64,000 nt of DNA. Source: Verrucomicrobiota bacterium (lineage in GTDB: Bacteria > Verrucomicrobiota > Verrucomicrobiia > Opitutales > Cerasicoccaceae). The DNA is taken from NCBI GenBank assembly GCA_039818205.1, contig JBCBUK010000002.1, forward strand, positions 192,001 through 256,000. The letters are read 5' to 3'. A program made the position numbers and the translations under genes. The notes below the pieces were generated by a model that was not told where the DNA came from, did no database searches, and saw only the letters and a program-made list of their open reading frames with translations. The first letter of the stretch is position 1, and every line of letters starts with the position of its first letter. This document shows, piece after piece, positions 31,948 to 41,396 of the stretch.

Positions 31948-33159
31948 ATGAAAAACGATATGCTCAGCCGCATCGCTCAAACGTCACTTTTGGGCGCCCT
32001 CAGTATTTTTCTCGTCGCCGGATGTACCGAGAGTACGAGTAACACTGCCGAAACCAAGGAGGCAGCCGAGCCCATGGTTGCCGGTAACCCAGCGCCTCGC
32101 AGCCATAGTGCAGAATCGGTCTCGTTCTATTCGGAAGGATCGAATAGTCGTGGGCCGAGCACGTCTTCGGTTGCGCCACCACCGCCACCTAGCTCGTCCA
32201 CCGTGGCACAGACGACCTACCAAGCGCCTCCTGCCTATACGGCACCCGCGCCGGCTGTCGGTCGATTGCCTTCCTATCAATCCGAGTATGCCGTGCGCGG
32301 TCGCCTTCGTTCGATCGGTTCTGATACCATGGACAATATGATGGAGGACTGGGAGAAGGACTTCAAAAGCTATCACCAAGGAATCCTCGTTATCCATGAA
32401 GGAAAAGGTTCTTCGACCGCGATCCCAGCATTGGTTGAAGGTCGTTCGGACTTTGGCCCGATGAGCCGCAAAGTAAAACCGACCGAAGCGGACAAGTTTC
32501 AGCAGAAGTTTGGCTATGACCCGACTTCCATGCCAGTGGCGATTGATGCGCTTGCGGTTTATGTGCATCCCGAGAATCCGATCAAGGATCGCGGACTTTC
32601 TATCGCAGAGCTTGATGCGGTTTTCTCCTCAACCCGTCGTCGCGGCCACTCAACCGAGATCATTACCTGGGGCGACCTTGGACTAACCGGCGAGTGGGCC
32701 AATAAGCCAATCAACGTTTATAGCCGCAACAAGGCTTCGGGGACATACGGCTTCTTTAAGGATGAGGTTCTCAACAAGGGTGAATTCAAGACCTCAAATC
32801 GCGAGCTGCCTGGGTCGGAAGACGTCGTTCGCTCCATCGAGAATGATCAGTACGGTATCGGGTATAGCGGCTTTGGTTACAAGACCACGTCCGTCGCCAT
32901 TGCTCCATTGTCTGTCGCCTCGGGAGCATCACCGGTAGCTGCCAATGAGGTCAACGCGGTTAACGGTTCTTACCCGCTAGCACGTAACCTTTACTTGACG
33001 ATCAATCATCGCCCGGGTGCTGCACCGAAGCCCATGCATGCCGAGTTCATTCGCTATGTCTATAGCGACAACGGACAAAGCAAAGTGCGGGAGAATGGGT
33101 ATTTTCCGATCAGCAATTTGACTGCGACTCAACAGCTCGCTGCTTTGGGAATTCAGTAA
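31948..33159 (+). CDS. pstS: PstS-family phosphate-binding lipoprotein with a long S/P/A-rich tether
   Basis: LVAG-C lipobox, GSDTM, GKGSSTA, PMSR, VAIDALAVYVH, RN.ASGTYGFF and YPLAR. Confidence 0.85.
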   Translation: MKNDMLSRIAQTSLLGALSIFLVAGCTESTSNTAETKEAAEPMVAGNPAPRSHSAESVSFYSEGSNSRGPSTSSVAPPPPPSSSTVAQTTYQAPPAYTAPAPAVGRLPSYQSEYAVRGRLRSIGSDTMDNMMEDWEKDFKSYHQGILVIHEGKGSSTAIPALVEGRSDFGPMSRKVKPTEADKFQQKFGYDPTSMPVAIDALAVYVHPENPIKDRGLSIAELDAVFSSTRRRGHSTEIITWGDLGLTGEWANKPINVYSRNKASGTYGFFKDEVLNKGEFKTSNRELPGSEDVVRSIENDQYGIGYSGFGYKTTSVAIAPLSVASGASPVAANEVNAVNGSYPLARNLYLTINHRPGAAPKPMHAEFIRYVYSDNGQSKVRENGYFPISNLTATQQLAALGIQ

Positions 33160-33185
33160 TATTTTCCGTTTAGCCTAATAGTCAC

Positions 33186-33226
33186 TCGTCCGTCTACTTC
33201 TCCTGAGGTAGGCGGGCGATCTTTTT
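33186..33226 (+). terminator. Rho-independent terminator after pstS
   Basis: TCGTCCGTCTACTTC/GAGGTAGGCGGGCGA stem (with G-U pairs) followed by TCTTTTT. Confidence 0.7.
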
Positions 33227-33370
33227 GCGGGAGCCATTGTCAGAAATTATATCATAAAAATATCGGAGCGGTTCCATCTTAGGTGATATATTGAAGGGAG
33301 CGCTGTTCATCATAATATCTTTAATCTGAACATTCTGCGAGGCCTTGCGGGTTTTCTAAACCTGCGAACA

Positions 33371-34066
33371 ATGAGAAAAAATTACCCTGGCTTCACCTTG
33401 GTGGAGCTCCTAACCGTTATCTCGATTATTGGGATACTTGCGGCGATCCTTATCCCAGCCGTTTCGATATCCATGCAACGGGCCCGCCAGGCCGCTTACG
33501 TTGCCAATGCCAGAACCATTGCAACCGGCCATCAAGCTTATGTGCTTGAGCGGAGCCGCACGACGAATCCCGCCGAGTTGTCGACTATCGGAGACTTTGG
33601 TGCCCTCATGGCACGCTATGGCTACCTTGAATCTGCTGATGTCTTTTTTGCACCGGACGACCCCTTGGCACCAGATCCGGTTCCCCGTTCAGTGGCGGTG
33701 AAATCAGGAAACGAGTGGACCCCATCGCCCGCCTTTGCATCAAGTCCGGCTTACAGTGTGGATGTTGCGATTGGCGTCCCAACCACGGCCCCGGGGTCGA
33801 CGACTCCGTTGGTCTGGGCCCGTGGTTTGGGACAGGACGGCGAATGGTCCGACGATGGAATTTGGGGGCCTGGCATTGGATTCATCGTCTTTTTCGATGG
33901 GCACAGTGAGATCCTGAACGCCATCGGCAACGGAGATGAATCCCGATTATTGCACTACGAAAACCGGTCGAACACGAGCAATGTCCTCGAAGCGCTGCCG
34001 AGCCGGGCAAAAGTCCGCGGCAAAGGGCAGGGTTCTCTCGACGGCAGCTCGGGAACCGGTTCTTAA
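33371..34066 (+). CDS. Prepilin-type N-terminal cleavage/methylation protein (PVC H-X9-DG-like)
   Basis: G|FTLVELLTVISIIGILAAILIP class III signal and C-terminal IVFFDGH. Confidence 0.85.
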   Translation: MRKNYPGFTLVELLTVISIIGILAAILIPAVSISMQRARQAAYVANARTIATGHQAYVLERSRTTNPAELSTIGDFGALMARYGYLESADVFFAPDDPLAPDPVPRSVAVKSGNEWTPSPAFASSPAYSVDVAIGVPTTAPGSTTPLVWARGLGQDGEWSDDGIWGPGIGFIVFFDGHSEILNAIGNGDESRLLHYENRSNTSNVLEALPSRAKVRGKGQGSLDGSSGTGS

Positions 34067-34127
34067 ATTTTTAGGGAAACGCCATAGTTTCCTCGAGTAG
34101 GGAAAATAGACGAGATAGATACAGTGG

Positions 34128-34163
34128 GGGACGGTCATTGTGGGAATGGCCGTCCCGTTCTGT
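34128..34163 (+). terminator. Hairpin / probable terminator after the prepilin-like gene
   Basis: GGGACGGTCATT/AATGGCCGTCCC stem with a weak T tail. Confidence 0.45.
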
Positions 34164-34224
34164 TAACCCTCGACCTTTCTATGGTGGATTCTAGTGTCCC
34201 GTTTAAACGTTTGCGCCATCGACA

Positions 34225-34719
34225 ATGAGAATTCTCTTAACGCTTGGAAGTCTCTTATACCTAGGTCCGATATTCGGCCTGATCGGGACGGTGATCGGTG
34301 TTATTCAATCGTTTCAGGCGATCGCCGATCAAGGAACGGCCGATGCACAAGTGTTGGCGGAATCAGTCCAAACGGCATTGATCACTACTCAGCTCGGCCT
34401 GATGGCACTACCGTTTGGAGTTATCGCGTTGATTTTAGGCCATGTGCTCAAGTTCTGGAATGAACCGGTGAATGGAGCGATAAAAGACAGCGATAAGAGC
34501 TACGGCACCTGTGCCGCTTTGAATCTATTGTTGGGCTTTATTGGCGCCCACCATTTCTATTCTGGAAGAACGGGGCTTGGCATTTTCTATGCGCTCAGCC
34601 TGGGGGGATTTGTAGTCGGAAAATATTGCGACTTCATTCGGCTGGCATGGGGCAGCTTCACCGATTCGGAGGGCAATCGAATCCGGTTCAAGCGGCAACC
34701 AGCACAATCGGTCAATTGA
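34225..34719 (+). CDS. MotA/TolQ/ExbB-like hairpin fused to a TM2 domain
   Basis: GPIFGLIGTVIGVIQSF...ALITTQLGL (ExbB/TolQ channel helices), followed by KS...LLLGFIGAHHFYSG..G.G...D (TM2 domain). Confidence 0.75.
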   Translation: MRILLTLGSLLYLGPIFGLIGTVIGVIQSFQAIADQGTADAQVLAESVQTALITTQLGLMALPFGVIALILGHVLKFWNEPVNGAIKDSDKSYGTCAALNLLLGFIGAHHFYSGRTGLGIFYALSLGGFVVGKYCDFIRLAWGSFTDSEGNRIRFKRQPAQSVN

Positions 34720-34767
34720 ACCGTCAGGTGCCTGGATGGCTATATGCGGAAATAGCCTCCGGCTAGC

Positions 34768-35388
34768 CTAGTTGATCTTGGTCTTGGATGTGGTGACGTT
34801 GTCGACGGTGCCCGTACGATCGAAACCGATGAGCGTCTTCTCCTGCACGATACCTTCGTCGACCAGCTGAGTTTCTTGATCCCAGATCCAGATTTCTTCG
34901 CCATCACCTTCCTTGAACGCTTCGAGGGTCGTGGTGTAGTAGGCTTTACCATCAGGAGCACCCACCATGCTGGTCACATCGGCCATGGTTGAGACCTGGC
35001 GGTTGATCGATTTGCTCGCTGCCAAGTTGCGCACGCCCAAGTCATTGGGGTAGCTGCTCCCGTAAAGGTAGCCATTCAGGGTGTCGTCGACAAATTCCAG
35101 AGTAAGTACGCGATAGTCTTCGTGGCCACTATAGCGGTCGATTTTCACGAAGATATACTGAAGGAGCGTAAACTCGTTGAATTCGTTGGAAATGGTTTTT
35201 TCCGCCTTGGGTTCACCAAACATCGCGCGCGCTTGTGCTGGCGTCGTGTTACCGAGGCTCAGGGTGCTGATCTCACGAAAATTAAACATGCGGCCGGCGG
35301 TGGCCGGTGCAGCGTCACGCGTTTTACATCCGGTTAAGAGCGTAATCGCTGCGACAAGGAGGATCGCAGTAGTGTGTAGCTTCTTCAT
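34768..35388 (-). CDS. Lipoprotein with two SmpA/OmlA (BamE)-like repeats
   Basis: LLTG-C lipobox, with LSLGNTTPAQARAMFGEP and INRQVSTMADVTSMVGAP repeats. Confidence 0.65.
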   Translation of the reverse strand: MKKLHTTAILLVAAITLLTGCKTRDAAPATAGRMFNFREISTLSLGNTTPAQARAMFGEPKAEKTISNEFNEFTLLQYIFVKIDRYSGHEDYRVLTLEFVDDTLNGYLYGSSYPNDLGVRNLAASKSINRQVSTMADVTSMVGAPDGKAYYTTTLEAFKEGDGEEIWIWDQETQLVDEGIVQEKTLIGFDRTGTVDNVTTSKTKIN

Positions 35389-35413
35389 GATGATCAGTAT
35401 TAATTCGTCACCT

Positions 35414-36961
35414 CTAGCCGTCGATCTTTTCTTCGAGGTGGGCGAATAGTTCGTCCTCGCTCACGCGGATTTGTTCCGTCGTGTCCCGGTCCCGGAGAGT
35501 CACGGTTCCATCTTTTTCGATGGTGTCGAAGTCAACAGTGACACAGAAAGGTGTGCCGATTTCGTCCATCCGGCGGTAGCGTTTGCCAATCTGGCCAGCG
35601 ACATCAAAGAAGACCGGCCAACGACGCTGTAGCTTCTCGTACAGCTTGCGAGCGGTTTCGACGAGTTCCGGCTTATTTTTCAGTAGAGGCAATACCGCCA
35701 CCTTGTATGGCGCGATGCGGGGATGAAGCTTCAACAATACGCGCTTCTCCAGCTTGCCCTTGTCGTTGGGGACCTCGTCTTCGCAATAGGCAGCGGTAAG
35801 GACTGCCAGGAAGGTTCGGTCGACCCCGAGCGACGGCTCGATGACGTGGGGCACGTATTTGAATGGCTCTTGCCCGGCCTGCTTGCGGCCCTCATCGAAG
35901 TATTCCATCGATTTCTTGGAAAACTCCTGATGTTGGCTCAGGTCGAAATCTCCACGGCAGGCGATTCCCCAAAGCTCTTGTTCCCCGTGCGGAAAGTGGA
36001 ACATCAGGTCGGTCGTGGCCTGGGAATAGTGGGCGAGCTTTTCATGAACGTCCTCGGTGATTAGCTCGCGTGGAATACCAATGGATACGAGCCAATCAAT
36101 ACAAGCGTCGAGCCATTCGCGGTGGAGTGACTTCCAATCCGCATCGGGTGCGATAAAGTATTCAATCTCCATTTGCTCGAACTCGCGGGAGCGGAAAATG
36201 AAGTTGCGCGGCGTGATCTCGTTGCGGAAAGCCTTCCCGATCTGGGCAATGCCAAAGGGCACCTTGACGCGACCCGTGTCGACCACGTTGTTGAAATTCG
36301 CGAAAATACCCTGTGCGGTTTCTGGGCGCAGATAAGCGGTTGCAGAGCTGTCGGACAGCGGCCCAACTTTGGTTTCGAACATCAAGTTGAACTCGCGGGG
36401 CTCCGTCAGTGTGCCGAGCTCCGTGGCGTCTGGTCCCAGGGTTTGGCTGCGCTGCTCGTCGGTGGCTTCAGTGATCTCGGTGCCAGTTTTGAGCGCGGCT
36501 TCGTCGACTTCGGCTTTTTTGTCGCCTTTGAGATCACGCACCTTTTTGGCACGCTTGAGAATTTCGGCGTCGTCGGCGTCTTCCATGTACGAGACATTGC
36601 CGCCAAACTCGCCGTTCAGGTTGACGGGTGCAAAAAACAGCTGGTCCGCACGATAGCGGCGCTTGGACTCCTTACAGTCGACCATGGGGTCCGAAAATCC
36701 ACCCACGTGGCCGCTGGCCTCCCAGATGCGGGGATGCATGATGATCGACGAATCGAGCCCCACCACATCGTCACGGCGGTGGACAAAATCCTTCCACCAG
36801 GCCTGCTTGATGTTGTTTTTCAGCTCAACCCCCAGCGGACCATAGTCGAAAAAGCCTTGATAGCCGCCGTACACGTCGGACGACTGGAAAATAAAGCCGC
36901 GGCGCTTGCAGAGCCCGACAAGCGTTTCCATTGAGGGAGTTTTTGTGCTTTCCGTGGACAT
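35414..36961 (-). CDS. glyQS: Glycine--tRNA ligase (dimeric type)
   Basis: [48 protein letters not shown] and IGKRYRR.DEIG. Confidence 0.96.
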   Translation of the reverse strand: MSTESTKTPSMETLVGLCKRRGFIFQSSDVYGGYQGFFDYGPLGVELKNNIKQAWWKDFVHRRDDVVGLDSSIIMHPRIWEASGHVGGFSDPMVDCKESKRRYRADQLFFAPVNLNGEFGGNVSYMEDADDAEILKRAKKVRDLKGDKKAEVDEAALKTGTEITEATDEQRSQTLGPDATELGTLTEPREFNLMFETKVGPLSDSSATAYLRPETAQGIFANFNNVVDTGRVKVPFGIAQIGKAFRNEITPRNFIFRSREFEQMEIEYFIAPDADWKSLHREWLDACIDWLVSIGIPRELITEDVHEKLAHYSQATTDLMFHFPHGEQELWGIACRGDFDLSQHQEFSKKSMEYFDEGRKQAGQEPFKYVPHVIEPSLGVDRTFLAVLTAAYCEDEVPNDKGKLEKRVLLKLHPRIAPYKVAVLPLLKNKPELVETARKLYEKLQRRWPVFFDVAGQIGKRYRRMDEIGTPFCVTVDFDTIEKDGTVTLRDRDTTEQIRVSEDELFAHLEEKIDG

Positions 36962-37101
36962 AAGCCTCACCCCAAAAACGATTTTCGGGCTCCGGGGCAA
37001 AGAAAATCGTTGCCCTGAGGCGAAAATAACGGTTCATCCTTAATTTTTAGGTGATAAATTCCTCTTGCCTTAACCACCTGATAAATCGTTTTATATATAA
37101 T

Positions 37102-37380
37102 ATGAAATCTACTTCCAAGCTTGTCCTGGCTACGATTGCTCTCGGTATTGCCGCACTTTTCACCGGTTGTGACAGCGTTCCGAGCAACTCCCATGAACTC
37201 TACTCCAAAAACAACCAAGGCTTTAACGCTCTAGGAATCGTTGACGTCTCCCCAGATAGCTACAAGCACATTGGAAATGAGTCTTCGGTCGCTTATTCGA
37301 ACGAATTGGCCAAACGGAAGAACATCTCAGGGGACAACATTTCATTGTTCTGGGGTGCAGTAGTCTTCGCCGACTATTGA
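37102..37380 (+). CDS. Small hypothetical lipoprotein
   Basis: MKSTSKLVLATIALGIAALFTG-C lipobox. 92 aa, ending 28 nt before oleC. Confidence 0.7.
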   Translation: MKSTSKLVLATIALGIAALFTGCDSVPSNSHELYSKNNQGFNALGIVDVSPDSYKHIGNESSVAYSNELAKRKNISGDNISLFWGAVVFADY

Positions 37381-37408
37381 TTTTTCGACTCTTTCTGCAC
37401 GTCGCTGC

Positions 37409-39091
37409 ATGGGAAGCGTAGCCCCGAGCACGGAACCCGTCAGCAACGTCGCCCGCTTTTTACCCGAAGCCGCAGCGCACCAACCGGATTTCCCGGCGGT
37501 GCGCTTTCCTGTTGGTTATCGTAAGCAAAATCCGCCAGGCCTAGTCAATGGCCAGGGTATCGCATACGAGACCTTGACCTTTGCGGAGCTCGAGCGTCAG
37601 GCCAATGCTTCCGCAACGCTTTTTGCTGAGAAAGGCATCCAACGCGGCACCCGGGTGCTCCTAATGGTCAAGCCGGGCCGGGATTTGATCTTGTCCGTTT
37701 TCGCCCTGTTTAAGATGGGCGCGGTACCCGTGGTGATCGATCCCGGGATGGGGCGAAAACACTTTCTTTCCTGCGTCCGCCGCACTCAGCCGGAGGCGAT
37801 TGTGGGAATTCCGCTGGCTCAATGGCTCAGCCGCCTGTTTTGGAAGGATTTTTCCGCGCTCAAATGCCGCGCCACGGTGGGCACGGCGAAGTTCGGCCGA
37901 CAGATCACCAGTCTTGGTGAGACCAAGTTTGAGCCCGCTGCGACAACCGTGGATGAGCTTGCCGCGATCCTGTTCACCTCCGGTTCGACTGGGCCGCCCA
38001 AAGGGGTTTGCTACGAGCACGGTATGTTCGAGGCCCAGGTGAGGATGATACGTGATCAATACGCGATTGAGCCGGGCGAGGTTGACCTGCCGATGCTTCC
38101 GATCTTCGCATTGTTTAATCCAGCGCTCGGGATGACGACGGTGGTTCCAAAAATGAATCCCAGTAAGCCAGCAACAGTCAATCCCGCTGAGATTGTTCAG
38201 GCGATTCACCAGAATCAAGTCACGAACAGCTTTGGTTCTCCGGTCCTTTGGAACCGCATTGCGACCTATTGCGAGGAGAAGCAATTGCAGTTGCCGAGTT
38301 TGAAACGCATTCTGATGGCTGGTGCAGCTGCCCCACCGTCCTTGATCAAGCGGATGAAGGCGCTCTTACCCAATGGTGAGATTCATACGCCATATGGTGC
38401 AACTGAAGTCTTGCCGGTGGGATCAATATCCGGCTCGGAGATTCTTGCTGATACGCAACAGTTGACCGAGCAAGGCAAGGGTGTCTGCGTTGGGCGTCCA
38501 TTGCCGGAAGTCTCCGCCCAAGTGATCGAGATTCAGGACGGGCCGATCGGTAAGCTGGGCGACGTCCGCGAGTTGCCGTTGGGTCAGATCGGAGAGATCG
38601 TGGTGACCGGCCCTTCTGTGACCAAGGCCTATGACGCGTTGCCTGAAGCGACTGCCAAAGCAAAAATCATTGGCCAAGGGACTACCTATCACCGCATGGG
38701 TGACCTCGGCTACTTCGACCGCGCTGGGCGCCTATGGTTCTGTGGCCGGATGGCTGAGCATGTTGTAACCGACGATGGACCACTCTACACCGAGTGTGTG
38801 GAAGCTATTTTCAATCGACATAAGAAAGTCTTTCGCAGCGCGTTAGTTGGAATTGGCCAGCCTCCCAAGACGCCATGCATCGTCATCGAGCCTGAGCCGG
38901 ACGAATGGCCACAATCCGAGGCCGCCCGATCCACGTTTACCAAAGAGCTCTTGGCGATGGCTGCGAGCAACCCGTTGACTCAGGGGATTAAGGAAGTGCG
39001 CTTTAAGCAAAAATTTCCGGTCGACGTTCGCCACAATGCGAAAATTCATCGTTTGTCGATGGCCCGTGAATTCTCGGAATCCGGGGCATAG
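37409..39091 (+). CDS. oleC: OleC-like AMP-dependent ligase (olefin beta-lactone synthetase)
   Basis: FTSGSTGPPKG, PYGATE, HRMGD, V.IDPGMG and the OleC-typical C-terminal FPVDVRHNAKI. Followed by oleD. Confidence 0.8.
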   Translation: MGSVAPSTEPVSNVARFLPEAAAHQPDFPAVRFPVGYRKQNPPGLVNGQGIAYETLTFAELERQANASATLFAEKGIQRGTRVLLMVKPGRDLILSVFALFKMGAVPVVIDPGMGRKHFLSCVRRTQPEAIVGIPLAQWLSRLFWKDFSALKCRATVGTAKFGRQITSLGETKFEPAATTVDELAAILFTSGSTGPPKGVCYEHGMFEAQVRMIRDQYAIEPGEVDLPMLPIFALFNPALGMTTVVPKMNPSKPATVNPAEIVQAIHQNQVTNSFGSPVLWNRIATYCEEKQLQLPSLKRILMAGAAAPPSLIKRMKALLPNGEIHTPYGATEVLPVGSISGSEILADTQQLTEQGKGVCVGRPLPEVSAQVIEIQDGPIGKLGDVRELPLGQIGEIVVTGPSVTKAYDALPEATAKAKIIGQGTTYHRMGDLGYFDRAGRLWFCGRMAEHVVTDDGPLYTECVEAIFNRHKKVFRSALVGIGQPPKTPCIVIEPEPDEWPQSEAARSTFTKELLAMAASNPLTQGIKEVRFKQKFPVDVRHNAKIHRLSMAREFSESGA

Positions 39092-39150
39092 TTTCGGCCC
39101 AGTACCTTTCCGCATTGCCACCGCGGACTGATGTGTCTTTCTAGCGCGAT

Positions 39151-40137
39151 ATGAAAGTGCTGGTGACCGGTAGTGGCGGATTTTTGGGATCGGAAGTGGT
39201 GACTCTTCTCTTGGCCAGGGGTTATCAAGTGCGCGGCTATGGTCGCTCACCGCAGCCCGAGAACGTGGATCGCGGCGTCGAGGTTCACCCGGGGAACTTA
39301 ACGGATTATGATGCTGTTACCAAAGCGGTTGATGGCTGTGATGCGGTCTTTCACGTGGCGGCCAAGGCCGGCATCTGGGGAGACGATTTTTATGAAACCA
39401 ACGTAACCGGCTCGCGCAATATCCTCAAAGCCTGCCAAGAGCAGGGGGTTTCGCGTTTGGTTTATACGAGTACCCCCAGCGTTGTATTTTCGGGAAAACC
39501 TTTTGAAGGCGGAGATGAGTCGTTGCCACTCAATCCAGATAATGAGCTAAGCCCCTATGCTAAGACGAAGGCCATTGCCGAGGGCGAAATGATCGCGGCA
39601 CATGCTCCGGATAAGCTCCGGATTTGTGCCCTGCGGCCACATTTGATTTGGGGCGTTGGTGACCCGCATCTCGTGCCGCGAGTGGTGGCCAAGGCAAAAA
39701 CCGGACGATTGCGGATCGTGGGGGAGGGTGACAACCAAGTCGACCTCACGCACGTAAAGAACGCAGCCCAAGCGCACCTACTTGCGCTCGACGCGCTGGA
39801 AAAAGGCACTGCTGGGGGCAAGGCGTACTTCCTGTCCGATGGAGCACCGGTGAGTCTCTGGAAATGGATTAATGATTTGTTCGCTCGCTTGGAAGTGCCG
39901 GCCATCGAGAAGAAGATTTCCGCAAACGCAGCGTTCAAGCTGGGTGGAGTTTGTGAGTGGTTGTGGCGAACCTTTAAGTTGTCCGGCGAGCCGCCCATGA
40001 CACGATTTGTGGCGACCGAGCTCGCCAAGAGTCATTGGTTTTCGATCGAAGCAGCGCGTCGTGATCTCGGTTATGAGCCCGCGCTTGATCTCGATGAGGC
40101 CATGAATGATTTGATTGCGGATTTGCAATCTCAGTAA
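39151..40137 (+). CDS. oleD: OleD-like NAD-dependent 2-alkyl-3-oxoalkanoate reductase (3-beta-HSD family)
   Basis: TGSGGFLG, FHVAAKAGIWG, VYTSTPSVV, YAKTK and LRPHLIWG.GDPHLVPR. Confidence 0.8.
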   Translation: MKVLVTGSGGFLGSEVVTLLLARGYQVRGYGRSPQPENVDRGVEVHPGNLTDYDAVTKAVDGCDAVFHVAAKAGIWGDDFYETNVTGSRNILKACQEQGVSRLVYTSTPSVVFSGKPFEGGDESLPLNPDNELSPYAKTKAIAEGEMIAAHAPDKLRICALRPHLIWGVGDPHLVPRVVAKAKTGRLRIVGEGDNQVDLTHVKNAAQAHLLALDALEKGTAGGKAYFLSDGAPVSLWKWINDLFARLEVPAIEKKISANAAFKLGGVCEWLWRTFKLSGEPPMTRFVATELAKSHWFSIEAARRDLGYEPALDLDEAMNDLIADLQSQ

Positions 40138-40156
40138 ACGCGGCTGACTGTTTCCC

Positions 40157-40579
40157 ATGGCTGAACCCAAGGTTTTTGAGTTTCGTAGTGAGGTTTATTT
40201 TGACGAGTTGGATGCGCTCTGGGTGCTGCATCACAGTCGCTACCTGCACCATTTGGAACGTGCCCAGCAGGCTTTCTTTCAAGCCTTGCTTGGCGTCGAT
40301 GATTTCGACCATCTGCGCGATGAGGACATTTATGTCGTCGTGCGGAACCTGGACATCGATTTCAAATCACCCGTGCGAACCCCGGGCCCAATTCTAATTC
40401 GTTTTCAGTTGGCGCGAATTCGCGCAGCCGGCGTTACCATGGATTTCGAAATCCTATCGGGAGACGGCGAGATCGTCCACTGCGCAGGCAAACGTACGGT
40501 TTGCAAACTATCCGGGGCCACGCACCAACCCGCCGAATGGTCGGCACCGTTCCGCGCCGCGATGGAGGCCTGGAAATAG
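40157..40579 (+). CDS. Acyl-CoA thioesterase (4HBT/YbgC hotdog family)
   Basis: VYFDELDALWVLHHSRYL..LERA and IDFKSP. Confidence 0.85.
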   Translation: MAEPKVFEFRSEVYFDELDALWVLHHSRYLHHLERAQQAFFQALLGVDDFDHLRDEDIYVVVRNLDIDFKSPVRTPGPILIRFQLARIRAAGVTMDFEILSGDGEIVHCAGKRTVCKLSGATHQPAEWSAPFRAAMEAWK

Positions 40580-40591
40580 TTGCTTTGCCGC

Positions 40592-41299
40592 TTAACTCGA
40601 TTTCAGTCGGAAGCAGAATTCCTCTTTCGTACTAGAGACCGCGAATAGCTCATAGCCAGCTTGGCGTAGTTGGCGGATGGCTCGCTTGGAGGGTTTTAAA
40701 CCGACCTCAGGAAATCGATGGTGGAACTCGACGAAGAAATAGCGAGGGCGATCATCCGTTTTTAGAATGTCGTCAATGACATCGTATTCGGCGCCTTCGA
40801 TATCGATCTTGAGGATGTCGATATGGTCGTGCCCAAGCTCTTTCATAATGGTCGCTAGGCGCTTCACCGGAACGGCAACGGAACCATTCGCACAGCTCTC
40901 AATAGAAAGCATGGTATGCGAGACGAAATCAGGATTGTCCGGAGCATTGAACTGCGCTTCGCCGTCGTAGCTGGCAATGCCCAACGGGTGCATGATAAAC
41001 TCCTTGGGGACTTCCTGAGACTTAAGCCACTCGAGCGATTTGGGGGTGGGGTCAAAGGCGTGAATGGTTACCCCGCGGTCGGCAATGAGATCAAGGTCGA
41101 AGGAGATCTCCTCACCAACGCCAAATGAATAGACAATGGAATCTGCCGTGACTTCCTCAGGGATCAATTCCCAGCCGCCAAAGTCGGGCCCGTACCGCTT
41201 GGTGGAAAACGTCGCGTCCAGCTCGGGGTTGAACTCCTGGCCTTGGAGGCGTCGCATCCAGATTCGTTTTTTAACGAGGATCTTATCAATCAGGTTCAC
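40592..41299 (-). CDS. FkbM family methyltransferase
   Basis: VYSFGVG..ISFD, FDPTP, IDILKIDIEGAEY and VEFH. Confidence 0.88.
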   Translation of the reverse strand: MNLIDKILVKKRIWMRRLQGQEFNPELDATFSTKRYGPDFGGWELIPEEVTADSIVYSFGVGEEISFDLDLIADRGVTIHAFDPTPKSLEWLKSQEVPKEFIMHPLGIASYDGEAQFNAPDNPDFVSHTMLSIESCANGSVAVPVKRLATIMKELGHDHIDILKIDIEGAEYDVIDDILKTDDRPRYFFVEFHHRFPEVGLKPSKRAIRQLRQAGYELFAVSSTKEEFCFRLKSS

Positions 41300-41396
41300 G
41301 GCAGTTTAGTGGTTTTTGTGCAGTTGGTTAGTCGTGCCATTGTTGCAGGTCTGAAGCAAGACAAAGGATGCGCAGGCGGCGGCCAGCTGATTTACC

